Origin: Candidatus Methanophagales archaeon
GTDB lineage: Archaea > Halobacteriota > Syntropharchaeia > Alkanophagales > Methanospirareceae
DNA: 64,000 nt
NCBI GenBank assembly: GCA_030602585.1
Contig: JAUVZJ010000006.1
Location: forward strand, 444 to 64,443
Direction: 5' to 3'
Part shown: positions 20,539-28,942 of the stretch, piece after piece
Layout: each line of letters opens with the position of its first letter
Position numbering within the stretch: the stretch's first letter is position 1
The notes under the pieces: generated by a model
What the model was told of the DNA's origin: nothing
Seen by the model: only the letters and a program-made list of their open reading frames with translations
Database searches by the model: none
Position numbers and translations under genes: made by a program

Positions 20539-20581
20539 CGCTTCGCTACTATGTCAAGGGTTCAAATCATGAGGCAATAAA

Positions 20582-21073
20582 ATGGATGGAGAACATCAGT
20601 TTTTTCATAAGAACTGTGGTGAAATTTTAAGAATGGCGCTCAATATAGAATCTGAATTAGATTTCTTTATATCTAATTATTTTTGTTCTCCTCAAAGTTA
20701 TAAAACCTTTCTCTTTAAGGATTTAATTTTGGTGGAACACCACATGGTATTTGGACGTAAAATCGAGATTTTTAAAGAGATCTGTAAAAAGGAAAATATC
20801 GGTAAAGAAAGGATTGATAAGATAGTTGACGCTGTTAAGTTTGTAAATAGGATCAGAAATAGAGTTGCACACGATGAGGCATTTGTATCTGATCAAAAAG
20901 AAGGAATAAAACTTCAAAAACGTAAAAGTGTGAAATACAAACAAGATGAAATTGAAATCACATACGATCTCGTTAAGAAGGTCGATGAAAAAAGGTTATC
21001 CGCTATACAAGAAATTGTCAAGCTCTATATGGAACTATCTGACCCTTCAAGAGAGAAGAACATAGAATGGTGA
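20582..21073 (+). CDS. HEPN-like (MtlR-type) protein
   Basis: IESELDFFISNYF...FGRKIEIF...RIRNRVAH (Rx4H). Confidence 0.6.
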   Translation: MDGEHQFFHKNCGEILRMALNIESELDFFISNYFCSPQSYKTFLFKDLILVEHHMVFGRKIEIFKEICKKENIGKERIDKIVDAVKFVNRIRNRVAHDEAFVSDQKEGIKLQKRKSVKYKQDEIEITYDLVKKVDEKRLSAIQEIVKLYMELSDPSREKNIEW

Positions 21074-21149
21074 TATTATGGTAAAAATTTGGCATATAAT
21101 GGTTCCATCCCCTCCCGCGGTTCATCCCATCGCCCGACCTCCATCCCGC

Positions 21150-21300
21150 GGATGCCCCGCAATTCAGAGGCTGTCTCACAATTCAAAATCTCAACAAAAA
21201 GAAACCCAAATAGTGCTTTATAGCGGAAAATAAGCATTCATTTTCGCAAAATATCTAATTATGGGACTTTCTCTTCATTGCGGGGTGGAGAGGTTGGGGC
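21150..21300 (+). repeat. GGATG-hairpin repeat, copy 2, split by a MITE
   Basis: Removing the MITE and one TSD restores GGATGCCCCGCAATTCATTGCGGGGTGGAGAGGTTGGGGC. Confidence 0.8.
21167..21273. mobile_element. 107-bp MITE with 4-bp TSD (TTCA)
   Basis: Imperfect TIRs GAGGCTGTCTCACAATT / AATTATGGGACTTTCTC (12/17); TTCA at 21163-21166 and 21274-21277. Confidence 0.75.
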
Positions 21301-21339
21301 TTAAGAGTTTTTTATAAGCGGGGTTATGAATTTTAAAAG

Positions 21340-21964
21340 ATGAAAAAAAACATCCAAATTGTTGAGATTCTTATAGCACTTATGCTTGCATCAACAGTGC
21401 TGATAATACCTATAGCCCAACATATGGCATATTATAATGAAAAGATCTTGGAATACGAACATTTAGTACCTGAATTTTAGCGATTATAGGCACCATGTAC
21501 AAATTTATCAATCTCCAACGCTTTCATAAGTAATAATCGCTTTTTAGTAGCTCTTTATTTTGGTGCGTATGAATGACATGGTGCCTAATAGGCACTATGT
21601 CATATAAATAGTTTGCGTAATTATCGCCTTATTGGTGATAATAACGCAGGTATGCAGAGATTCAAGGCATGGTGCCTATAAAGCCAAAAATTCAGGTTAG
21701 TAGAAGAAGCAAAATATCCAGCAGCTAAACAGGATTTGATAAGCATTAGGGGTACTTTTATTTGGAAAATTAATATGAATGGGATTATCTTTTTTGTTCA
21801 CAACATCGAGTGCAGTGATAAGTATAAGTGGACTTTTTATATTTCTATTTAGGGGTATTGAGTCTGAGAAAATTTTAAAATATGTTGTTTGTCTAAGTAT
21901 CGTTTTTTTCTTGTGCGCAATAGTACTAATGGCAAGAGTAATATCTTTTTATCCTATACCTTAA
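21340..21964 (+). pseudogene. Small membrane-protein gene disrupted by a MITE and further decay
   Basis: MKKNIQIVEILIALML...YEHLV | EEAKYPAAKQDL reads through after MITE removal; the hydrophobic tail (ORF 21779..21964) is in another frame. Confidence 0.55.
21469..21696. mobile_element. 228-bp MITE with ~30-bp TIRs and 6-bp TSD (TTAGTA)
   Basis: CCTGAATTTTAGCGATTATAGGCACCATG / CATGGTGCCTATAAAGCCAAAAATTCAGG; TTAGTA at 21463-21468 and 21697-21702. Confidence 0.88.
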
Positions 21965-21993
21965 AGATATTGAAATTTGATGAGGATGATATA

Positions 21994-22401
21994 ATGACAA
22001 CAGATTGGCATAAAAGGATTGTAGGTGCAAAGAGAGAGGAACTTAGACGAAAAAGTCTTAGGATATATGATAGTGAGAAGATGATCGGGTTTAAATGGCC
22101 GGCGGACAGCGAATCGCAAATAAAGAGGGTAGACATACTTGCAGAGAATGAAAACGAGATTGTCATAGTTGAAGTGGAAGACGCAAAAGCGAACGGTTTG
22201 GAAATAGGTGTGCCATTTGTTGAACTTGGAGGGATTCTCCTTTTGACATACGTAGCGTCAAGGCATACCGATAAGATAGTTGAGCTATGTTTGATCTTTC
22301 CAAAGAATATCGAAAAGCACCGATTTGAGAAAATAAGTAAGATTATTGATGAAGCAAAAAGTGTATTGACGTCATTACAAATCAATATTGAACAAAGGTA
22401 G
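21994..22401 (+). CDS. Hypothetical protein, PD-(D/E)xK-like fold suspected
   Basis: H..IV, RVDILAE...IVIVEVED; ATG 21994. Confidence 0.5.
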   Translation: MTTDWHKRIVGAKREELRRKSLRIYDSEKMIGFKWPADSESQIKRVDILAENENEIVIVEVEDAKANGLEIGVPFVELGGILLLTYVASRHTDKIVELCLIFPKNIEKHRFEKISKIIDEAKSVLTSLQINIEQR

Positions 22402-22422
22402 TTGTGTGAATGAATAAAGCAG

Positions 22423-22462
22423 GGATGCACCCGAATTCATTCGGGTGTGGCGAGGATGGGGC
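22423..22462 (+). repeat. GGATG-hairpin repeat, copy 3
   Basis: GGATGCACCCGAATTCATTCGGGTGTGGCGAGGATGGGGC, enclosed by the IR ATAAAGCAG/CTGCTTTAT. Confidence 0.85.
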
Positions 22463-22535
22463 TGCTTTATAATCTCATGCTCGCTGAGTCTATTCATTTA
22501 ATTTATTATATTCTCGGCGAGTGTGAGTCGAAAAT

Positions 22536-22559
22536 GAAGCCCTCGAATTTATTCGGGGG
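22536..22559 (+). repeat. IS605-end-like hairpin related to the GGATG repeat
   Basis: GAAGCCCTCGAATTTATTCGGGGG, with the same AAT-TT-ATT core. Confidence 0.55.
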
Positions 22560-22643
22560 TTTTTACTCGGATCTGTTGCTGGTGCCTTTATCGGGCATAT
22601 GGTGAGCGAGATTTTGGAGTAAATGTATCTTTTTGGCGACGGC

Positions 22644-22717
22644 ATCTAACAGCGTGTTTCCGGTTCGCTACGCTCACCAAAATGCTTCGCACTTCGCAAA
22701 CACTGAAAACGTTATAG
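22644..22717 (+). other. Integron attC-like site
   Basis: R'' ATCTAAC (RYYYAAC), stem GTGTTT../..AAACAC, internal CGCTACGCTC and TGCTTCGCA hairpins, R' GTTATAG; ~20 bp after the stop of an ORF remnant (GSVAGAFIGHMVSEILE*). Confidence 0.6.
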
Positions 22718-22764
22718 AAAATTACTTAAGGTTAAACATACAAAATAAATAGCGAGGTGAAAAT

Positions 22765-22959
22765 ATGGAGGTAAAGGAAGTAATCTTGAAGGAAATCGAG
22801 CGGGTTCCTGAACAATATCTTGCGGAGATACTGGATTTTATACACTTTTTAGCGGCAAAAGCGTTGGAAGAAAGTATGGAAACAGCAATCGCAAGCGAAA
22901 CGTCCCTTAAAAAAGATTGGCTAAGACCGGAGGAGGACGAAGCTTGGCGAGATTTGTGA
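22765..22959 (+). CDS. DUF2281-type antitoxin
   Basis: EILDFIHFL...ASETSLKKDWLRPEEDEAWRDL; overlaps a toxin fragment. Confidence 0.8.
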   Translation: MEVKEVILKEIERVPEQYLAEILDFIHFLAAKALEESMETAIASETSLKKDWLRPEEDEAWRDL

Positions 22960-23060
22960 AGGGAGATGTGGTGGTTGTTCCATTTCCATTTTCGGATTTA
23001 ACCCGCGCCAAAAGGCGTCCTGCTCTGGTTATTACCGAATTAGAAGGGGATGACTTTTAA
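22944..23060 (+). pseudogene. Truncated PemK/MazF toxin
   Basis: ARFVKGDVVVVPFPFSDLTRAKRRPALVITELEGDDF*, the N-terminal 38 aa only. Confidence 0.85.
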
Positions 23061-23106
23061 ATAAAGGTGGTTATCATATAGATAGGGAAAAGGAGGTGAG
23101 AAAAAA

Positions 23107-23970
23107 ATGAGTGAAAAGTTGTTTGGGGAACGTCCATTGAGACTCGGTCCAATAATCGGAGTGATAGTAGCGATTGTGATACTGTTAATCGTGGTATCTT
23201 CGATGGTTGTCGTAATCGGTGCTGGTGAAACTGGCGTCAAGTTCAATCCTTTCGCTGGTGGTGTTCAGTCAGACGAGTTCACGGAGGGATTTCATTTCAA
23301 GGCGCCATGGGTTCATGTAGATAGATACAACGTCAAGACGCAGGACTACACAATGTCGAGAGTGGTAGAAGAGGGAGCAGTAAAGAGGGATGATAGAATT
23401 AGAACAGTGACAAAAGAAGGGCTCTATGTTGATCTGGATATAACCGTTCTTTACAGGATTGACCCAACCAAAGCTGATGAAATAAGGAGAACCATTGGTT
23501 TAGATGGTCAATATCAGGGAATTGTCGTTAGACCGACGATAAGAAACGCAGTGCGAGAAGTAATCAGCAGCTACAATGCTATGGATATCTACGGTGAAAA
23601 GAGACCGATAGTGGAGCAGAATATGCATGAAATATTAGTTGACCAGTTACAAGTAAGAAATATCGTCGTGGAGAGAATGCTACTGAGAGACGTTGAACTG
23701 CCTGCGGAATTAAGCGCGGCAATAGAAGCGAAGAAAACAGCGGAACAAGAAGCCCTGAGGATGGAGTATGTGCTGGATAAAGAGGAGCTGGAAAAGGAGA
23801 GAAAAATCATCGAAGCTGGAGGAATTTCAGAGGCGAACAAGATAATTGCAGGGAGCCTTAGCACAGAATATCTTACATGGTACTGGATAGACAACCTGGA
23901 TACACACGAGAGTGTTATCTACGTCCCGGTTGGTGAAGCAGGGATGCCGATGTTTAGAGAGATTCCCTGA
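23107..23970 (+). CDS. SPFH/prohibitin family membrane protein
   Basis: N-terminal TM helix, GETGVKF, EGFHFKAPW, LLRDVELP...AIEAKKTAEQEA; AGGAGGTGA RBS. Confidence 0.9.
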   Translation: MSEKLFGERPLRLGPIIGVIVAIVILLIVVSSMVVVIGAGETGVKFNPFAGGVQSDEFTEGFHFKAPWVHVDRYNVKTQDYTMSRVVEEGAVKRDDRIRTVTKEGLYVDLDITVLYRIDPTKADEIRRTIGLDGQYQGIVVRPTIRNAVREVISSYNAMDIYGEKRPIVEQNMHEILVDQLQVRNIVVERMLLRDVELPAELSAAIEAKKTAEQEALRMEYVLDKEELEKERKIIEAGGISEANKIIAGSLSTEYLTWYWIDNLDTHESVIYVPVGEAGMPMFREIP

Positions 23971-24099
23971 TTTTTTCAAAAGTTGGGGGGTTTAATTTTC
24001 CCCTCCATTTTTAGTAGCTCTGGAAATCTGAATATAGAGCACTGTTGGTGAAACGGAGGCATCGTTGGTTGAATGAAAAAATCTAAGAGGAGGTGAAAA

Positions 24100-24345
24100 A
24101 TGATAGCTATTCTAATAAGGCTCTTGATACCGCTAATCATTGGTATACTTGCTCTACTCGGAATCTTGAAAGTAAGTGAATGGTGGCGGTATGGAATACC
24201 ATATTGTGGTATATGTGGTAGATTGGTCTTGGGATTAAGGAGTAGTTGTCTAATAGAGGGTCAAAGAATTGAATGCCATGCTGATTGTTGCCCTCTGTAT
24301 CGTGAGAACCTTGTGTGTAAACGGAAAGTGATAATCGAGGACTGA
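24100..24345 (+). CDS. Small membrane-anchored Cys-rich protein
   Basis: TM helix then CGIC...C...C...CC; GAGGAGGTGA RBS. Confidence 0.55.
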   Translation: MIAILIRLLIPLIIGILALLGILKVSEWWRYGIPYCGICGRLVLGLRSSCLIEGQRIECHADCCPLYRENLVCKRKVIIED

Positions 24346-24358
24346 AAAATTAAAGGAG

Positions 24359-24619
24359 GTGATACGAATGTCAAAAATGGTTTTAGACAGACTATTGAGG
24401 GATATGAAGATAACGATAGATGAAAAGACTAAAGAAGATCTTTGGGAAGGTGTTAGAAGAGATTTCTCTATTGCTGGGTCAGTTGAGAATGAGAGATGTG
24501 AACATCTTGAGTTAATGACTAAAGATCGCAGAGGAAGGAGAATACTAGAGGGCTACATAAGAAAGTGGATGGAAAAGAGAAAAAAAGAAAAGAGAAAATT
24601 AATAGAAGTCCCTGCGTAG
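24359..24619 (+). CDS. Hypothetical protein
   Basis: ORF with AGGAGGTGA RBS (start could be ATG 24368). Confidence 0.5.
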   Translation: MIRMSKMVLDRLLRDMKITIDEKTKEDLWEGVRRDFSIAGSVENERCEHLELMTKDRRGRRILEGYIRKWMEKRKKEKRKLIEVPA

Positions 24620-24817
24620 ATAGTTCCAAAAAAGGGATTGATTACACGTTATGTGACCAAGATTGATCCTGGTACATGTGCGTCTATCATAAAAGACTTT
24701 CTTGGATATTACGATGAATTTTTCGAGAGAAGAAAAGAGTGGGTGGAAGATTTTGGAAAGAAGTTTTAGCTTTAATTAGAAAAAATGAAAAATAGGTGGC
24801 GATGCCCACAACAAAGC

Positions 24818-24857
24818 GGATGCACCCGATTTTAATCGGGTGTGGCGTGGTTGGGGC
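24818..24857 (+). repeat. GGATG-hairpin repeat, copy 4
   Basis: GGATGCACCCGATTTTAATCGGGTGTGGCGTGGTTGGGGC; 35/40 identical to copy 3, with a compensatory stem change. Confidence 0.85.
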
Positions 24858-24865
24858 TTCCCTTC

Positions 24866-25948
24866 TTATTTTTTAACCTTTGCATCTATCCCTATAATAT
24901 ACGCATAAGGAGCATAAGGCTTCACTTTCCTCGCTTCCAGTATCTCCAACTGAAAGTGAAATTCTTCTTGTTCGCATGCCTCTTCTATTTTCGCAGTTAA
25001 TCTCTCCTTTGCCTTATTTATTGCTATTTCAAGCGATTTCCTCTTCTCATCGCTCAAATCAGAATAAGAAGATACTACATCGTAGAAATGAATTATCCCG
25101 CCTTGTGGGTTAAGCATGCACAACGCTTCTCGAAGGAATGAATAAGCACTTTTCGGGAGGTTCATAATTATCCGGTCTGCCTTGTTTCGGAACTTCACGT
25201 AGATTTCTCTCACGTCGCCCTCTATCGCTTCTATGTTTCTCACACCGTTCAGCCTTATGTTCTCCTGAAGATACCGTATCGCATCGGGATTGATGTCAAT
25301 AGCAGCAACGTGACTTTGACGTGCTCGTTTAGCAACTTGTATGGAGAAAGAGCCGACACCTGCGAACATGTCTATTATTTCCTCTTTGCTATCCCGAACC
25401 TGCACTGCTACGCGATTTCGTTCACCCGCCAGACGAGGATTAAAATAAACCGTTTCCAGGTTGAGCTTGTATTTACAGCCGTTCTCCTTGTGCACCGTCT
25501 CTGTCCTGTTCTCACCTGCGATTATCTCCATCTTCCTTTTTCTGAATACACCTTCCACCGGTGAAATCCGTTTTGCTACCACTTTAATGTTTTTATGCAG
25601 GCTCATTAACGCATGCGCTACGAGCTGGTCATTCGTCCCGTTTATCACGTCAGTCAGCACCGCAATGTCACCGATTATTTCATAAGAGGGTTTCAGTCCA
25701 ACGATGTCTTCTATGCTCCTTCTCGGTTCCAATACCGCAAATTCTCTTGTTAAAAGTTCCGCAACACCTATTTCTCTTTTCTCCGCTTCTTTTAGCGCCC
25801 GTATAAGCGGTAAATAAATAAAATCGGCGTCGGAATTTATCTTTGCGTCCGTTCTCAGCAGTTCGAGTTCTTTCAACGCTCTACGGATTTCTTCTCCCCT
25901 TCTCTTCTCTACTTTCACACAGGGCAAATTCTCTGTTTCTGCTTTCAT
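24866..25948 (-). CDS. trm5: tRNA (guanine-37-N1)-methyltransferase, Trm5 family
   Basis: YEIIGDIA, ETVHKENG, VYFNPRLAGER, DMFAGVGSF, DINPDA, IIMNLP. Confidence 0.88.
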   Translation of the reverse strand: MKAETENLPCVKVEKRRGEEIRRALKELELLRTDAKINSDADFIYLPLIRALKEAEKREIGVAELLTREFAVLEPRRSIEDIVGLKPSYEIIGDIAVLTDVINGTNDQLVAHALMSLHKNIKVVAKRISPVEGVFRKRKMEIIAGENRTETVHKENGCKYKLNLETVYFNPRLAGERNRVAVQVRDSKEEIIDMFAGVGSFSIQVAKRARQSHVAAIDINPDAIRYLQENIRLNGVRNIEAIEGDVREIYVKFRNKADRIIMNLPKSAYSFLREALCMLNPQGGIIHFYDVVSSYSDLSDEKRKSLEIAINKAKERLTAKIEEACEQEEFHFQLEILEARKVKPYAPYAYIIGIDAKVKK

Positions 25949-26079
25949 GGCTTTCTTTATTTGATCTACTTTTTCATCTACCTGTAATGTAATTTGGCAG
26001 GGAGGGTTGATAAGTCAACCCTTTTAGAAAACGGTTTAATCCAAAACTGAGTTCTTTTTTGGTGGGAGTGTCTGGCCCC

Positions 26080-26973
26080 TTATAAAGAAAGTTTGAAAGG
26101 CAGCCCTTTTCTACAACCATATTCACGTATGCAGAACGAAGCAACTAAATTACCCGTTTTAGCACTTTCGTATATTCCCTTTTCGTGTAGCAACCCATAC
26201 AAGAATCCTGCTGCGAATGCATCGCCCGCGCCTGTCGTATCTACCACATCCGTTGGATATGCATCTATTAAATGCGATTCTCCGGTGCTATCTGCTACAT
26301 AACTGCCTTTCTCGCCAAGCGTCACGCAGACAATCTTAGCACCAATGTTCAGAAGAACCTCAGCACCTTTTTCGTAATTATCATCCTTCATTAATGATTT
26401 CAACTCTTTAAGGCTGAGAAAAACCACTTCGCTTCGCTCTATTATCACAGTTAAATCCTCAAGCTCGTATGTGAAGCAGAGCATACCGGGGCTGAAACTT
26501 AGCTTCGATTTTATTTCGCGCGCCAATTCGCACTGCATTTCCAGTTGCTCCTTGTTTACAAACGAACTCGTATGTAGAAACCTCGCATTCTCTATAAATT
26601 CCATATCTATATTCTCTATATGCAGCTTAGCATTCACACCTGAATGGATATAAAGCGCCCGTTCTCCTTCGGCATCAATGAATCCTATTGCGGCGCCTGT
26701 GTAACCCTCTTCTTTTATTATCCTCGTCTCTACTCCTTCTTTACTGAACTCTTCCAGAATTAGTTCGCCTTCTTCATCTTTTCCTACAATACCCACGAAC
26801 CCTGCATCAACGCCTAATCTCGATAATGCAACGGTTGTATTCGCCGCAGAGCCACCCGGCACCTTCATTACGTCTATAATACCTACCTCTTCCCCTCCGC
26901 TCGCTATTCGTTCCACGACATAAAGAACGTCGTAATTCAAGGCGCCTAAGCCGATTACTTCTTTTACACTCAT
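26080..26973 (-). CDS. PfkB family carbohydrate/nucleoside kinase
   Basis: PGGSAANT, VTLGEKGS, VDTTGAGDAFAAGF. Confidence 0.92.
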   Translation of the reverse strand: MSVKEVIGLGALNYDVLYVVERIASGGEEVGIIDVMKVPGGSAANTTVALSRLGVDAGFVGIVGKDEEGELILEEFSKEGVETRIIKEEGYTGAAIGFIDAEGERALYIHSGVNAKLHIENIDMEFIENARFLHTSSFVNKEQLEMQCELAREIKSKLSFSPGMLCFTYELEDLTVIIERSEVVFLSLKELKSLMKDDNYEKGAEVLLNIGAKIVCVTLGEKGSYVADSTGESHLIDAYPTDVVDTTGAGDAFAAGFLYGLLHEKGIYESAKTGNLVASFCIREYGCRKGLPFKLSL

Positions 26974-26978
26974 TTTAA

Positions 26979-27557
26979 TTACGCTTTTAGTTCCCCTTTC
27001 TCATCTATATAACTTTCAACTCTTATTTTCATCGCCGAAAACTCCTCCAAAACATCCAATCTCTTGCATCGCTCCGCCAAATATTCCATGTCCATGTTGT
27101 CAAACTGTCTGACATAGATTCCTTCGGCATCCTTTATGTCTTGCTCGCTTCCAAATAGCAGTTTATTCGCAATCGTATCCTCCGGCGATGTTACGTAAAA
27201 CACAAAATCCGCGAAACTTACTTTCCTTCTCCTTTTTAACGTTAGCCGGTCATTTTCGCCGTAGATTCCTTTTATATCCAGTCTTATCATTGAAGTTTTA
27301 TCTTCTATCATGGCATGAGACTTCTCCTCAAACGCCGTTTTTACATCATCTACATCTGCAAAAAAGTCATTCTCTTTAAGGAGTTCTACAAATCTCTTTA
27401 CTTTGGGCATATCCATCTCGATTATTATGTCTATATCCATTGTCGTGCGGGGAACACCGTAAAACAGAACCGCTAAACCTCCAACTACTACATACGCTAC
27501 CTTTTCTTCATTTAAAAACGTGCACACCAATTCTAATATCTCATTCATGTTTCGCAT
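26979..27557 (-). CDS. Nucleotidyltransferase (DUF6036-like)
   Basis: VVGGLAVLFYGVPRTTMDID, SPEDTIANKL, QDIKDA. Confidence 0.8.
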   Translation of the reverse strand: MRNMNEILELVCTFLNEEKVAYVVVGGLAVLFYGVPRTTMDIDIIIEMDMPKVKRFVELLKENDFFADVDDVKTAFEEKSHAMIEDKTSMIRLDIKGIYGENDRLTLKRRRKVSFADFVFYVTSPEDTIANKLLFGSEQDIKDAEGIYVRQFDNMDMEYLAERCKRLDVLEEFSAMKIRVESYIDEKGELKA

Positions 27558-27705
27558 TTTTCGATATCCTCATTGCAAATTCTATAAGGTTTAAACCCTG
27601 TTCAAAGGTTTCGATTTCGGAGAATTTTCTTGCTCTTAACGCTTCTCTTATCCATCCTTTCTCCCTTTCCTCTTTTATTCTCGCTCTTAGTTCTTCTTTT
27701 TTCAT
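27541..27705 (-). CDS. 54-aa protein coupled to the nucleotidyltransferase (possible TA partner)
   Basis: MKKEELRARIKEEREKGWIREALRARKFSEIETFEQGLNLIEFAMRISKNAKHE, read manually; overlaps both neighbours. Confidence 0.55.
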   Translation of the reverse strand: MKKEELRARIKEEREKGWIREALRARKFSEIETFEQGLNLIEFAMRISKNAKHE

Positions 27706-28940
27706 TACTCTTGAGCCAGAGCCTCAAATATCTTTTTACCAAGATTAGTGACCGAAAACCATTCGATTCCCCAACCATGTCTCACGAAATATTCGTCCCT
27801 GTCCTTCTCATACCCAAAATCAAGAAGTCCAAACAACTTAAGTGCTGGCATGATTCTTTCCGCGAAAACGCTTAAAATGAATTCTGTCATCGCCCAATAA
27901 CCTTCAAGCTCGTCTTCTGTATTCTGCAGTTCCATTCCGGCTTCCTTTAACTGTTCTTTAAACAAATATGTCTCTTCGGGTTCGCACTCTGAGAAAAGGA
28001 AAGCCATATCCCACCTTCTTGCTTGCACATACTCCGGTCTTCCTCCACTATACGGCGGTAAAAACTTCTCCCACCTCGTTCCATTCCACATCGCATCGAA
28101 CAATAGCATAAATTGCTCCTTTAGCGAAAGCGTCTTGAAAATATCTATTCTTGGAGTCATCACTAATGTGTTTTTTGCGCTCACAACGAACAAGTCTAAA
28201 GTTATGCTTACGTTGTAAAACAGGTGGATGGTTCTCGAATCGGGTTGATTTGCAGTGCTTTTCAGTTCTTCTGGGCTGCTCATCAATTCGTTCAACGCAA
28301 AAACGTGTTTTCTACCGATGAAGCTACTCGCAGCAGTCAGTTTCATGCCGTTATTTGCTGATAGGTAGTTCAAGAACGTCTGGAAATCTCTTACAACTGA
28401 TGTATTGCTTGACTTCAAATCTTCTTCCGAAAACGACTCGTTAATCTCTTCGCTCACTTCATAATGTTGTTCGTAGTTCACTTCTATCTCTTCTTCTTGA
28501 CCCATAAACCATCTTTCAAAATCTTCTTCCCATGTCTCGCTTTCCGGATCGAGTTCAAAGTAAGTTTCAAATCTGCGGATGTATTTTTGAGGGTCTTCGC
28601 ATGCCGAAAGTATGTCATCCAGTTGTTCTTCTTCCACGTCGCCACGTTCATGAAGGAACTTGTAGAATTTCTTGAATGCAACGAGTATGGGACGGACATC
28701 GCTCTTGCCACCGCCCACCTTTCGGATATACCAATTCCCGAGATAGTCTTCGATATCAGTGCCTGCAACTTCCAAAAGGCTTTTTCCCTCGTAACCGGTG
28801 AGGTAGTGGAAGGCGAAGAAGCTGATTTGTTCAGCGTGCGCTGAAGCTGTTTCTTTGCTTATTCCTTTTTCTGTCGTTAGATGGTCATAAAACTGTTTGG
28901 TTAATTTTTCCGTTTTCTTTTCTAAACTCCTGTGGGTCAT
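27705..28940 (-). CDS. Protein with an integrase SAM-like N-terminal domain and no catalytic recombinase domain
   Basis: FYDHLTTEKGISKETASAH...IEDYLGNWYIRK...AFKKFYKFL; no R-HxxR-Y set in the C-terminal part. Confidence 0.55.
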   Translation of the reverse strand: MTHRSLEKKTEKLTKQFYDHLTTEKGISKETASAHAEQISFFAFHYLTGYEGKSLLEVAGTDIEDYLGNWYIRKVGGGKSDVRPILVAFKKFYKFLHERGDVEEEQLDDILSACEDPQKYIRRFETYFELDPESETWEEDFERWFMGQEEEIEVNYEQHYEVSEEINESFSEEDLKSSNTSVVRDFQTFLNYLSANNGMKLTAASSFIGRKHVFALNELMSSPEELKSTANQPDSRTIHLFYNVSITLDLFVVSAKNTLVMTPRIDIFKTLSLKEQFMLLFDAMWNGTRWEKFLPPYSGGRPEYVQARRWDMAFLFSECEPEETYLFKEQLKEAGMELQNTEDELEGYWAMTEFILSVFAERIMPALKLFGLLDFGYEKDRDEYFVRHGWGIEWFSVTNLGKKIFEALAQE

Positions 28941-28942
28941 TT

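Noticed and set aside
20076-24857. CRISPR array reading of the 40-bp repeats
   Set aside because: Spacing is 1.1-2.4 kb with genes between copies; no cas genes
27705-28940. Integron integrase or active tyrosine recombinase serving the attC-like sites
   Set aside because: No catalytic R-K-H-R-H/W-Y residues or IntI patch
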